Below, in pieces: positions 28,703-38,407 of a DNA stretch of 64,000 nt (the stretch's first letter is position 1; the number at the start of each line of letters is the position of its first letter). The position numbers and the translations under genes were made by a program. Source of the stretch: an uncultured Trueperaceae bacterium (GTDB lineage Bacteria; Deinococcota; Deinococci; Deinococcales; Trueperaceae); NCBI GenBank assembly GCA_963815215.1, contig CAWFFU010000004.1, forward strand, positions 147,065 to 211,064, written 5' to 3'. The notes below the pieces were generated by a model. It was not told the origin of the DNA and made no database searches. It worked only from the letters and a program-made list of their open reading frames with translations.

Positions 28703-29311
28703 ATGATGCGGATGACGCGGGTGACGCGCAGCCTGCTGTGGGCGCTGGTGCTGGTGGCGGCGGGGGTCGTGGCGTACGGACTCGGGATCTGCTGTTGCAC
28801 CCGTCGCCGCCGCTGGCGGGACAGCCGCTCGAGGACAATCCGCCCGACGTCGCCGGCGTCCATCTCGTCGACGGTGCGGGCGAGCCGGTATCGCTGGCGG
28901 ACGTTCCGGGGAAAGGTGCTGCTCGTGTACTTCGGCTATACCCGCTGCGCCGACACCTGCCCGCTCACCATGCAGGAGCTTGCCAAGGCCTACCACGACG
29001 CCGGCGCGCCAGGCGATGTGCAGGTGGCGATGATCACCGTCGACCCGGGCCACGACACGCCCGCCGTGCTCGATCCCTGGGTCAAGCAGTTCGACCCGAG
29101 CTTCATCGGGCTCACCGGCTCCGCCGGTCAGATCGCCGCTGCCGCCAAGGCGTTCATGATCGGCTACAGCACCGGCGGCGAGCCGAGCGACCACACGGCC
29201 GTCGTCGAGGTCGTCGGGCGCGACTCGCACATCCTCTACATCTACGGTCAGGGAGAGATCGTCAAGCTCGGCGACGACCTGCCGCGGCTGCTGGCAGCGC
29301 GAGCAGGCTGA
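28703..29311 (+). CDS. SCO/SenC-family copper chaperone (two compensating frameshifts at ~28783 and ~28903)
   Basis: FGYTRCADTCP (CxxxC), ITVDP, conserved His (SDHT). The plausible middle segment (..PLAGQPLEDNPPDVAGVHLVDGAGEPVSLAD) lies in another frame. Confidence 0.85.
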   Translation: MMRMTRVTRSLLWALVLVAAGVVAYGLGICCCTRRRRWRDSRSRTIRPTSPASISSTVRASRYRWRTFRGKVLLVYFGYTRCADTCPLTMQELAKAYHDAGAPGDVQVAMITVDPGHDTPAVLDPWVKQFDPSFIGLTGSAGQIAAAAKAFMIGYSTGGEPSDHTAVVEVVGRDSHILYIYGQGEIVKLGDDLPRLLAARAG

Positions 29312-29384
29312 ACCCACGACCGCGCGCTCGCCTTCGCAGCGTGCGGGCCGGCTGCGATGCGCCTCTAGGTCAGGTCAAGTCAGA

Positions 29385-30050
29385 TCAGGTCAGGGAGATG
29401 CGCTGCGCGTACTCGATCAGCGGCTCGCGCCGGAACCGGTAGGTCCCGCGCGTGCCCTCGAGCAGGCCGAGCTGGCGCAACTCGCCGAGCGTCGCCGTGG
29501 TCGTCTCGCGGGCGGCGCCGATCATGGCGGCGAGGTTCTCGTGTGTCAGGGGCAGAGTGATGCGCACCATGCCGCCTTCGGAGATCTGGCCGAAGCGCTC
29601 GCCGAGGCGCAGCAGGGTGCGTGCCAGGCGCGCGGCGACGGGCAACTCGCCGTCCTCAAGGGCGTCGGTCATGCGGGTGAGCTGGTCGCCGGCGGCCCGG
29701 AACAGGGCCGGCTCGAAGGCGGACGCTTCCTGGCGCGGCACGACCGTCACCACCACGCTGGCGCTGAGCGCCTCGGCGCTCTCGCGCAGGGCGGACTGGC
29801 CGGGCGCCAGGGCGCCGATCAGATCGCCCGGGCCGGCCACGCCGACGATGCGCTCCTTGCCCGAGGGGACGTCGATGGCGAGCTTCACCAGACCGTTCAC
29901 CAGGCGGTAGACCGTGTCGGCACGGTCGCCGGCACGGTACAGCGGCTCTCCCTTCCCCAACTCGCGGTGGGGATAGCCGTCCAGGCCGCGCGGTGGCGGC
30001 GGGGGGCTCTGCCAACCCGCGTAGAGAGCGGCATCGAAGCTCGGCGTCAC
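29385..30050 (-). CDS. Crp/Fnr-family transcriptional regulator
   Basis: cNMP-binding fold (GEPLYRAGD...GLVKL) and HTH LTHENLAAMIGAARETTT. Confidence 0.92.
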   Translation of the reverse strand: MTPSFDAALYAGWQSPPPPPRGLDGYPHRELGKGEPLYRAGDRADTVYRLVNGLVKLAIDVPSGKERIVGVAGPGDLIGALAPGQSALRESAEALSASVVVTVVPRQEASAFEPALFRAAGDQLTRMTDALEDGELPVAARLARTLLRLGERFGQISEGGMVRITLPLTHENLAAMIGAARETTTATLGELRQLGLLEGTRGTYRFRREPLIEYAQRISLT

Positions 30051-30125
30051 GCCCGCATTCTAGCCGCCCCTACGCGAAAGCTCTGTTCGATGCTTGGCAC
30101 GTGCCGGGCTCGCCCGCGCTCGGGA

Positions 30126-31445
30126 TCAGTCGGTCCGGGCCTCCATCCGGTAGACGACCGCGCCGTCGATGACCGTCAGGGTCGGCCAGCCCCGCAGACG
30201 CTCGTCCGCCCAGGGGCTGAACCTGGCCTTGCTCCGGAAGCGTCGCGGGTCCACCGCGCGTTCGGTCTCGAGATCGAGCAGCACCAGGTCGGCAGGCGCC
30301 CCCACCTCGAGGCGCGGCCGGGGCCAGCCCATGACGTCGGCCGGGCCGTCCTGGAGCAGGCGCAACAGGTCCGCGAGCTCGAGCTCGCCGGCGCGGACCA
30401 ACCGGGTGTAGAGCAGCGGGAAGGCCACTTCGATGTTGGGCAGGCCGAAGGGCGCGCTCATGAGGTCGCGCTCCTTCTCGGCGCGGGTGTGCGGCGCGTG
30501 GTCGGTGCCGATGCTGTCGACCACGCCGCGCCGCAGCGCCTCGCGCAGGTAGGCCACGTCGGCCTCGGCGCGCAGCGGCGGCGCCACCTTGAACAGCGGA
30601 TCGAAGCCGCGCAGGGAGGCATCGGTGAGAGTCAGGTGGTGCGGGGTCACCTCGCAGGTGACCGGCGCTCCCAGCGCCTTGAAGTGCTCGATCACCTGCA
30701 TGGAGCGCTCGCAGGTCACGTGGGCGATGTGCACGCGCGCGCCGGTGAGGCGGGCCACCTCGCAGTCGCGGAACACCATGATCGCCTCGGCGGCGTCGGG
30801 GTTGCCGGGGAGTCCGAGCTCCTGGCTCACCGCGCCTTCGTGCATCACGCCGTCGCCGCGCAGGCTGGGGTCCTCCGAGTGCGTCTGGATGACCAGGCCG
30901 AGCTCGGCGGCGTACTCGCAGGCGCTGCGCATCAGGCGGCTGTTGGTCACCGGGATGCCGTCGTCGGTGATCATCACCGCGCCCGCGGCCTGGAGCGCCG
31001 CGAAGTCGGTGAGCGTCTCGCCGCGCAGGCCGTGGCTGAGCGCGGCCCCCGGCCGCAGCCGCGCGCCGGAGAGCCCGGCCGCCTTGCCGACCAGCTCCGC
31101 CACGAGCCCCGGCTCGTCGACGGTGGGCGTGGTGTTCGCCATGCTCACCACCGTGCCGAAGCCGCCGGCCGCGGCGGCCGCGAGGCCGCTCGCCAGGTCC
31201 TCCTTGACCTCCTGCCCGGGCTCGCGCAGGTGGGCGTGGAGGTCGAGGAAGGCGGGGGTGAGGAGCGCCCCGCCGGCGTCGACGACCGTCGCCGCACCGG
31301 CGCCCGCGCCTTCGCCCATCGCCTGGATCACGCCGCCCTCGAGCAGCACGTCGCCGACGCCGTGGTCGCCGGCGCCGTCGACGAGGCGGGCGCCGACGAT
31401 GGCCAAGCGCTTCGCGCTCGCCGTTCGCATCGTGGGCCCGCTCAT
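30126..31445 (-). CDS. pyrC: Dihydroorotase
   Basis: DLHAHLREPG, MANT, HSED, CEVTPHHL, KVAPPLR, GTDHAPH. In the pyr operon. Confidence 0.95.
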   Translation of the reverse strand: MSGPTMRTASAKRLAIVGARLVDGAGDHGVGDVLLEGGVIQAMGEGAGAGAATVVDAGGALLTPAFLDLHAHLREPGQEVKEDLASGLAAAAAGGFGTVVSMANTTPTVDEPGLVAELVGKAAGLSGARLRPGAALSHGLRGETLTDFAALQAAGAVMITDDGIPVTNSRLMRSACEYAAELGLVIQTHSEDPSLRGDGVMHEGAVSQELGLPGNPDAAEAIMVFRDCEVARLTGARVHIAHVTCERSMQVIEHFKALGAPVTCEVTPHHLTLTDASLRGFDPLFKVAPPLRAEADVAYLREALRRGVVDSIGTDHAPHTRAEKERDLMSAPFGLPNIEVAFPLLYTRLVRAGELELADLLRLLQDGPADVMGWPRPRLEVGAPADLVLLDLETERAVDPRRFRSKARFSPWADERLRGWPTLTVIDGAVVYRMEARTD

Positions 31446-32403
31446 CGCTTACCCACCAGGAGCGTGTACAGCACGGCCATGCGGATCGGCACGCCGCTCG
31501 CGACCTGGGCCTCGATCACGCTTCGCGGGCCGTCGGCGACCTCGCTGGCGATCTCGACGTCACGGTTGATCGGCCCCGGGTGCATGACCAGGGCGCCGTC
31601 CTGCGCCGTGCGCAAGACGGCCTCGGTGAGCTGGTAGCGGGCTACGTACTCCGCCAGCGACGGTAGCAGACCGGAGTCCATGCGCTCGCGCTGCAGGCGC
31701 AGCGCCATGACGGCGTGGGCGCCTTCCACGGCCTCGGCCAGGCGGTAGCTGTGGCGCACGCCGGGCGCCATCTCGGGGGGCAGCAGCGGGGCGGGACCGC
31801 ACAGCACCACCTCGCCGCCGAGCTTGCGCCACAGCTCCACGTTCGAGCGCGCAACGCGCGAGTGCAGCACGTCACCGACGATGGCCAGCCGCTTGCCCGC
31901 GAAGCCGTCGAAGCCCGGGAAGCGCGTCCGGAAGGTGTAGGCGTCGAGCAGTGCCTGGGTGGGGTGGGCGCGGCGGCCGTCGCCGGCGTTGACGATGGAG
32001 GCGTCGGTCCACTTCGCGAGCTGGTGGGGGACGCCGGCCGCCGGGTGGCGGACGACGTAGAGGTCGGCCTGCATCTGGTCGATGGTGCGCAGCGTGTCCT
32101 TGAGGCTCTCGCCCTTGGAGAGGCTCGAGCCTCCGGCGGCGAAGCTGATGACGTCGGCGCTCTGCGCCCGCGCGGCGCGCTCGAAGCTCAGCCGGGTGCG
32201 GGTGCTGTCCTCGAAGAACAGCGTCCCCACCGTGAACCCCTGCAGCGCCGGCACCTTCTTGATGGTGCGCGTCAGTACCTGCGCCATGACGTCCGCGGTG
32301 TCGAACAGCGCCCCGACCTCGTCCACGGACCAGTCGGCGAAGTCCAGTAGGTTGCGCTTGCGCACGCTGGTCTTGTCGGGAAGGTCGATCTGGACCGTTG
32401 CCA

Positions 32404-32404
<1 letters not shown>
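31442..32404 (-). CDS. pyrB: Aspartate carbamoyltransferase catalytic subunit
   Basis: FFEDSTRTRLSF, NAGDG..HPTQALLD, VGDVLHSRVARS, MHPGPINR. Confidence 0.96.
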
Positions 32405-33134
<730 letters not shown>

Positions 33135-33139
33135 GTCCG

Positions 33140-33168
33140 ATTGTAGCTCCGGGACGGAGCGGACTCAA
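33140..33168 (-). promoter_or_regulatory. pyr operon sigma70 promoter
   Basis: TTGAGT-17 bp-TACAAT directly upstream of the PyrR loop. Confidence 0.75.
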
Positions 33169-33202
33169 GCCGGTGCGCGGCGCTCATGGACCCGGCGCCG
33201 GG

Positions 33203-33245
33203 TTCAGACTCGCTTCAGGCGGACTTCAGCCGTTGCCGGGATACT
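33203..33245 (+). promoter_or_regulatory. Three TTCAG direct repeats at 11-bp period (OmpR/PhoB-type box) and a -10 element
   Basis: TTCAG at 33203, 33214 and 33225; GATACT at 33240. Upstream of an operon containing an OmpR-family regulator. Confidence 0.65.
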
Positions 33246-33376
33246 GAACCGGGAGGCGCTGCCTGAAGCGCACGGCCACGGTCGTGCATCGGGTTCGGGG
33301 CGTGTTCCAGGACTAGCCTCAGGGCGTCTGCGGGTTACACAATGGGGCAGTCTCCAGAGGAGGACGGAAGGACGCG

Positions 33377-33925
33377 ATGAACATCCTGACCCGTTGGACG
33401 GTCGCCCTTGCCGCGGCCCTGCTCGTCGCCCACGCGGCGGCGCTGCAGCCGGTCGATGGTACCGAGGTGGTCGTCACCGACGGTGGGGGTCACCAGTTCG
33501 TCGGCTACGGGGTGGTGAAGAACGGCTTCCTGATGCTCCGCATGGGGAACGCGACGGACAGCTTCGTGATGGTGCTGGTCGCCCCGGACGGCTCGGTCCA
33601 GAGTTACGACGGCGTGCGCGGCGCCGGCGGGGCCCTACTGGTCGACCTCGCCGACGGGACCCGCGAGAGCCTGAAGGCGTTGCTCGGCATCCACAATGTC
33701 GGGCTGACGGTGGTCCACCAGAGCGGGGGTTCGCCGCGGGCCGGGGCTCCGGGCAGCGGGTCCGGGGGGAGCACAGTCAGTAGCGGGAGCGACGCGAGCT
33801 CCGGCAGCGATTCCAGCTCCTCCGGCGACGTCAACGTCTCGGTGGGCGACGGGAGCTCGGGCGATACCAACGTCTCCGTCGACACGGGTGACGCCCCCTC
33901 CAACGACGGCACCGATGGCCCCTGA
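33377..33925 (+). CDS. Hypothetical secreted protein with Ser/Gly/Asp-rich tail
   Basis: Signal peptide (..AHAAA), beta-rich core, repeated SSGD(V/T)NVSV tail, strong RBS. Confidence 0.75.
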   Translation: MNILTRWTVALAAALLVAHAAALQPVDGTEVVVTDGGGHQFVGYGVVKNGFLMLRMGNATDSFVMVLVAPDGSVQSYDGVRGAGGALLVDLADGTRESLKALLGIHNVGLTVVHQSGGSPRAGAPGSGSGGSTVSSGSDASSGSDSSSSGDVNVSVGDGSSGDTNVSVDTGDAPSNDGTDGP

Positions 33926-34601
33926 GGTGCCGGCGGGCGCGTCCCGCGCACGGATCCTCGTCGTCGAGGACGATTCCGCGCTAGCGAACCTGGTCGCTGG
34001 ACAGCTCGGTCACGCGGGGTACCGCGCCGAGGCGGTCGGTCTCGGCCGCGAGGCCCTGGTGCGCGCGCAGAGCGACGCCTTCGATCTGGTCGTGCTCGAT
34101 CTGAACCTTCCGGATATCGACGGCATCGAGGTGGCCGAGAGGATGCGGGAGGCCGGCGATACGGCCATCCTGATGCTCACGGCCCGGGCCGACGTCGACA
34201 GCCGGGTCGAAGGGCTCTATGCCGGCGCGAGCGACTACCTCGCCAAGCCCTTCAGCGTGCAGGAGCTGCTGGCCCGCGTCCACGTGCGGCTGCGCGAACG
34301 GCAGGCCACCGGCGTCCTCCGTCACGACGATCTCGAGCTCGACCCCGACGCCCTCAGTTGCCGCTGCGGCGACCACAAGGTGGTGCTGCCGGAGCGGGAG
34401 TTCGAGTTGCTGAGGCTGCTCGTCCGCCACCGCGGCCGGCTCTTCTCCCGCGAGGACATCGAGCGATCCCTGTACGGCGTCGACGTGCCGGAGTCCAACA
34501 CCGTCGAGGTGTTCGTGTACAACCTGCGGCGCAAGCTCGGTACGCTCGGCCACAAGGAGATCATCCGCACGGTGCGCAACCGCGGCTACATGGTGCTATA
34601 G
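33915..34601 (+). CDS. OmpR/PhoB-family response regulator
   Basis: ILVVEDD, LDLNLP, GASDYLAKPF, SNTVEVFVYNLRRKL, TVRNRGY. Confidence 0.95.
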   Translation: MAPEVPAGASRARILVVEDDSALANLVAGQLGHAGYRAEAVGLGREALVRAQSDAFDLVVLDLNLPDIDGIEVAERMREAGDTAILMLTARADVDSRVEGLYAGASDYLAKPFSVQELLARVHVRLRERQATGVLRHDDLELDPDALSCRCGDHKVVLPEREFELLRLLVRHRGRLFSREDIERSLYGVDVPESNTVEVFVYNLRRKLGTLGHKEIIRTVRNRGYMVL

Positions 34602-34629
34602 CCGGAGCCAAGGTTGCCGGAGTGGGGGC

Positions 34630-34679
34630 CAAGTTCACGGCGTCCCGCGCGAACGTTCGCGCGGGACGCCGTGAACTTG
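34630..34679. repeat. Perfect 50-bp palindrome between convergent genes
   Basis: CAAGTTCACGGCGTCCCGCGCGAAC|GTTCGCGCGGGACGCCGTGAACTTG: 25-bp arms, no spacer, no mismatch. Confidence 0.9.
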
Positions 34680-34699
34680 TCGGGGCGGTCCGTTGGGAG

Positions 34700-36283
34700 C
34701 TAGTTCTTGCCCCAGTCGGCGTAGACGAAGGTCCACACCGGGTCGATGGTGAAGTTCGTGATCGATGGGTTCGCCCACTTGTACTCGACGGGGAAGTACA
34801 GCGGCACCCAGGGGTAGTCCGCCAGGATCAGCTTCTGCGCCTGCTGGTACATCGGCATGGCCTGGGCGACCGGCAGACCCTGCGCGTCGTTCATGAGCTT
34901 GTCGACGGCGGGGTTCTGGTACTCCGAGAGGTTGAACGAGCCCTGCTTCACGTTGGCGGAGTTGAACAGCACGTCCAGGAAGTCGGACGGGTCGGGGTAG
35001 TCCTGGTACCAACCGCTGAACCCGATGGCCGCCTTCTTGAGGGTGGTGATGGTGTTGATGTACTCCGCGTGCGGCAGCGCCTTGATGTTGAGGGTGATGC
35101 CGGCCTCGGCCATCTGCTGCTGCAGGGCCTGGGCGATCTGCGGTCCGGGCGGGTTCGACAGCGTGATGAAGTCCGCCTGGATGCCGTCCGGATGGCCCGC
35201 CTGGCTCAGCAGCTGCTTGGCCTTCTGCGGATCGTAGGTGGTCCCCTCCACCGAGCTGTCGTAGCCGGGCATGGCCGGTGGCAGGATCTGCTGTGCGACC
35301 TGGCCGCGGCCGTTCATGAGCTGGACGATCCGCTTCTTGTCCACGGCGTAGTTGACCGCTTCGCGCACCAGCTTGTTGTCGAAAGGCGCCACCTGCGTGT
35401 TCATGAACACGTAGTTGATGCCGACCTGGGTGAAGTGGTGGAGATCGGCCTTGTACTTGGGATTGTTGGCGACGGACAGGAACTGGGCCGACGGGATGTC
35501 GTCGCCGATGACGTCGATCTCACCGCGCTGCGCGCGCAGGAGCGCGACCTGCGGATCGAGGTTGAAGGTGAAGTCGATCTGGTCGACCTTGGCCGCCGTC
35601 GCGGGATCGAAGTAGGCGGGGTTCTTCACCAGCACCATGCTCTGGCCGGGGACCCACGACTTGAGCAGGAACTGCGCGCTGCCGACGACGTGGTGGGCAT
35701 AGTCGCGCCCCCACTTCTCCACCGCCTTCTGCGGCTCGGCCGACGAGAAGGGGGTCGCCAGGATGTTCATGAAGGTGCGATCGGGTTTCACGAGCGTGAA
35801 CGAGATGGTCAGGGGGTCGGGCGTCTTGATGCCGGCCACGTGATCCGTCTTCCCGTCGATGTAGTCCTTGGCGCCCACCAGGTTGCCGTACCAGCCTCCC
35901 ATGCCCCCCTGAGGCGATTGGGTCTTCGGGTCCAGGATGCGTTCGATGGCGTAGCGGAACGCCCCGGAGTCCACGGCCTCGCCGTCGGAGAAGGTGATGC
36001 CCGGGTGGATGTGGAAGGTGTAGGTCTTGAGGTCCTGGCTGACCTGCGGCATCGACGTCGCCGCCCAGGGAACGAGGGTGGTGCCGTTCTGGTAGCTCAG
36101 CAAGGTGATGAACAGGGCGTGCTCGACGGGCCAGTTCTCGATGTCGTAGCCGATGGCGGGGTCGAGCGTGGCCATGTCCTCGGTGTAGGACACGTGGACG
36201 ACCGACTGCGCCTGGGCGGCCAGGAACGCGGTCAGGCCGATGGCGGCCAGGATCGTGGACAACGCTTTCGCGGAACGGCGCAA
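34700..36283 (-). CDS. Peptide/nickel ABC substrate-binding protein (family 5)
   Basis: TLDPA, YTFHIHPGITFSDG, PFDNKLVREAVNYAVD, WYQDYPDP. TTG start after RBS GAGGAGG. Confidence 0.92.
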   Translation of the reverse strand: MRRSAKALSTILAAIGLTAFLAAQAQSVVHVSYTEDMATLDPAIGYDIENWPVEHALFITLLSYQNGTTLVPWAATSMPQVSQDLKTYTFHIHPGITFSDGEAVDSGAFRYAIERILDPKTQSPQGGMGGWYGNLVGAKDYIDGKTDHVAGIKTPDPLTISFTLVKPDRTFMNILATPFSSAEPQKAVEKWGRDYAHHVVGSAQFLLKSWVPGQSMVLVKNPAYFDPATAAKVDQIDFTFNLDPQVALLRAQRGEIDVIGDDIPSAQFLSVANNPKYKADLHHFTQVGINYVFMNTQVAPFDNKLVREAVNYAVDKKRIVQLMNGRGQVAQQILPPAMPGYDSSVEGTTYDPQKAKQLLSQAGHPDGIQADFITLSNPPGPQIAQALQQQMAEAGITLNIKALPHAEYINTITTLKKAAIGFSGWYQDYPDPSDFLDVLFNSANVKQGSFNLSEYQNPAVDKLMNDAQGLPVAQAMPMYQQAQKLILADYPWVPLYFPVEYKWANPSITNFTIDPVWTFVYADWGKN

Positions 36284-36413
36284 GACTCTTCCTCCTCGAG
36301 GGCTCGGCGGGGCGTGCCCGAGATGGGAACGGCCCCTGTGGCGTGACGCTCCGTTGCGGGGGCGCAACGTCGTACTGGCGTGACGGCCGAAGGCTCGGCT
36401 CGCCCGCTTGCGC

Positions 36414-37349
36414 TCACTCACCTCCCCTCGTGAACGAGATGCGGGGGTCGACGAAGCTGTAGAGGATGTCGACGAAGCTGTTCGCGACCACGATGACGGC
36501 CGCCGTGAACAGCACCGTCCCCATGATCATCGGGATATCTACGTTGAGGATCGCCTGCCAGGCCAGCGTTCCGATGCCCGGCCAGCCGAACACTTGCTCG
36601 ATGATGAGGACGCCCCCCATGAACACCCCGAGATCGAGCCCCGCCATCGTGATGATGGGCCGGAGCGCGTTCCTGAAGGCATGCTTGTAGATCACGACCG
36701 CCTTGCGCAGGCCCTTGGCGTGCGCCGTGCGCACGTAGTCTTCGGACAGCACCTCCAGCATCGAGGCGCGGCTCATCCGTGTGTAGAACGCCGAGCCCGT
36801 GACGCCCAGGGTGAGGGCGGGAAGGACCAGGGCGCTCACGCCTCCGGCGGCGCCTCCCAGCGGGAAGATCGGCACCACGTAGGCGAACACGTAGAGCAGG
36901 ATGATGCCGAGCCAGAACGGGGGCACGGCCAGGGCGAGCAACACGAACACCATGGATCCGCCGTCGATGCTCGAGCCCCGGTACACGGCGGCGGCCACGC
37001 CCAGGGTGACGCCGATGATCAGCTCCACGAACAACCCTGCCAGCGCCAGCTCCGCCGTGTAGGGGAAGCGCCTGAGGATGGTCGGGAGCACCTTCTGCGA
37101 GGTCTTGTACGAGCGCCCGAAATCGCCGTGCAGGGCTCGGCTCAGGTAGCGCCCGTACTGGACGTAGACCGGCTGGTCGAGCCCCAGTTCGTGGGCGATG
37201 CTGTCCACGACCGACGCCGGCGCGTTCGGACCCGCGATCATGCGGGCGGGGTTGGCGGGCATCAGGACGCCGATCGTGAAGGTGATCATGGAGGCTGCGA
37301 GGAGCACGACGGCGCTCCAGAGCAGGCGCCGGGCAAGGTACTCCAGCAC
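36414..37349 (-). CDS. Peptide ABC permease (DppB/OppB type)
   Basis: LGLDQPVYVQY, EDYVRTAHAKGL, IEQVFGWPGIG. Confidence 0.93.
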   Translation of the reverse strand: MLEYLARRLLWSAVVLLAASMITFTIGVLMPANPARMIAGPNAPASVVDSIAHELGLDQPVYVQYGRYLSRALHGDFGRSYKTSQKVLPTILRRFPYTAELALAGLFVELIIGVTLGVAAAVYRGSSIDGGSMVFVLLALAVPPFWLGIILLYVFAYVVPIFPLGGAAGGVSALVLPALTLGVTGSAFYTRMSRASMLEVLSEDYVRTAHAKGLRKAVVIYKHAFRNALRPIITMAGLDLGVFMGGVLIIEQVFGWPGIGTLAWQAILNVDIPMIMGTVLFTAAVIVVANSFVDILYSFVDPRISFTRGGE

Positions 37350-37351
37350 GG

Positions 37352-38248
37352 TCAGCGCCCTCCCGTGTTCTTCGGATCGAGAGCATCGCGCAGCCCGTCG
37401 CCGACGAGGTTGAAGCCGAGCACGGAGATCCCGAGGAAGATGCCCGGGAACACCACGAGCCACGGCATCACGGTCAGGTACTGTGCGCCCTCGGCGATCA
37501 TGTTGCCCCAGTCCGGGGTGGGTGGCTGCACGCCGATGCCCAGATAGGAGAGCGCCGCTGCGAACAGGACGGTCGTGGAGAAGTTGAGCGTGCCGTAGAC
37601 GAGTGCCTGTCCAAGGATCTGGGGCAGCACGTGGCGCCGGACGATGCGCCCGCTCGGTGCTCCCAGGGCGCGGGCCGCCTCGATGTACTCCCGGTGCTTG
37701 ACCGAGAGGACCTCGGCGCGGACGATGCGGGCGAGGTAGAACCACGACGAGAAGCCGATGACGACCACCACGACGGTGACGCCGGGCCTGAGGACGACGG
37801 CGAGGAAACCGGCAAGGAGCAGGACCGGGAAGCTGATGAGGATGTCGGTGATGCGCATCAGAATGGTGTCGATGACGCCGCCGGCGTAGCCCGCGACGGT
37901 CCCGAAGACGAGCGCGATGACCAGCGAGATGAGGTTCGCGGTGATCGCGACGAACATCGAGGTGCGCGTGCCGAACAGGATGCGGCTGTACAGATCCCTG
38001 CCGAGGTTGTCCGTGCCGAACCAGAACGACGGGCTCGGGGGTAGCGGTCCACCCATCGCGGAGAGCCCGTCGGAGAACTGCGTGTTGGGGTTGTGCGTGG
38101 CGAGGACGGGGGCCAGCAGGGCCACCAGCACGATGAGCAGGCTCAAGGCCAGGCCAGTCGTTCCCAATCGGTTCCGCCGGAAGCGACGCAATGCGGCTTG
38201 GCTGGGCGTGTCGATCTGGACGGCACCCGCCATGGGCTGCTGTTCCAC
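37352..38248 (-). CDS. Peptide ABC permease (DppC/OppC type); start uncertain (38248 or 38233)
   Basis: FGTDNLGRDLYSR, EYIEAARALGA, PPTPDWGNMI, FNLVGDGLRDALDP. Confidence 0.92.
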   Translation of the reverse strand: MEQQPMAGAVQIDTPSQAALRRFRRNRLGTTGLALSLLIVLVALLAPVLATHNPNTQFSDGLSAMGGPLPPSPSFWFGTDNLGRDLYSRILFGTRTSMFVAITANLISLVIALVFGTVAGYAGGVIDTILMRITDILISFPVLLLAGFLAVVLRPGVTVVVVVIGFSSWFYLARIVRAEVLSVKHREYIEAARALGAPSGRIVRRHVLPQILGQALVYGTLNFSTTVLFAAALSYLGIGVQPPTPDWGNMIAEGAQYLTVMPWLVVFPGIFLGISVLGFNLVGDGLRDALDPKNTGGR

Positions 38249-38407
38249 CGAAGGCACGATGCCCGCGATGATATGCCATCGACGCTCACCGGGTGACGTG
38301 TGTCGGAGTGCGGAGCGCATCCGGCATGCCCGGAGCCGCACCCGGTAGCGGGTCGGCGCCGATTTCGGGAACGGGTGGGGAGCCACGCGCCGCGTTGCGG
38401 CCCGAGC

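Noticed and set aside
29368..29392. Imperfect GGTCA pentamer run at the Crp 3' end
   Set aside because: Short degenerate microsatellite with no evidence of function.
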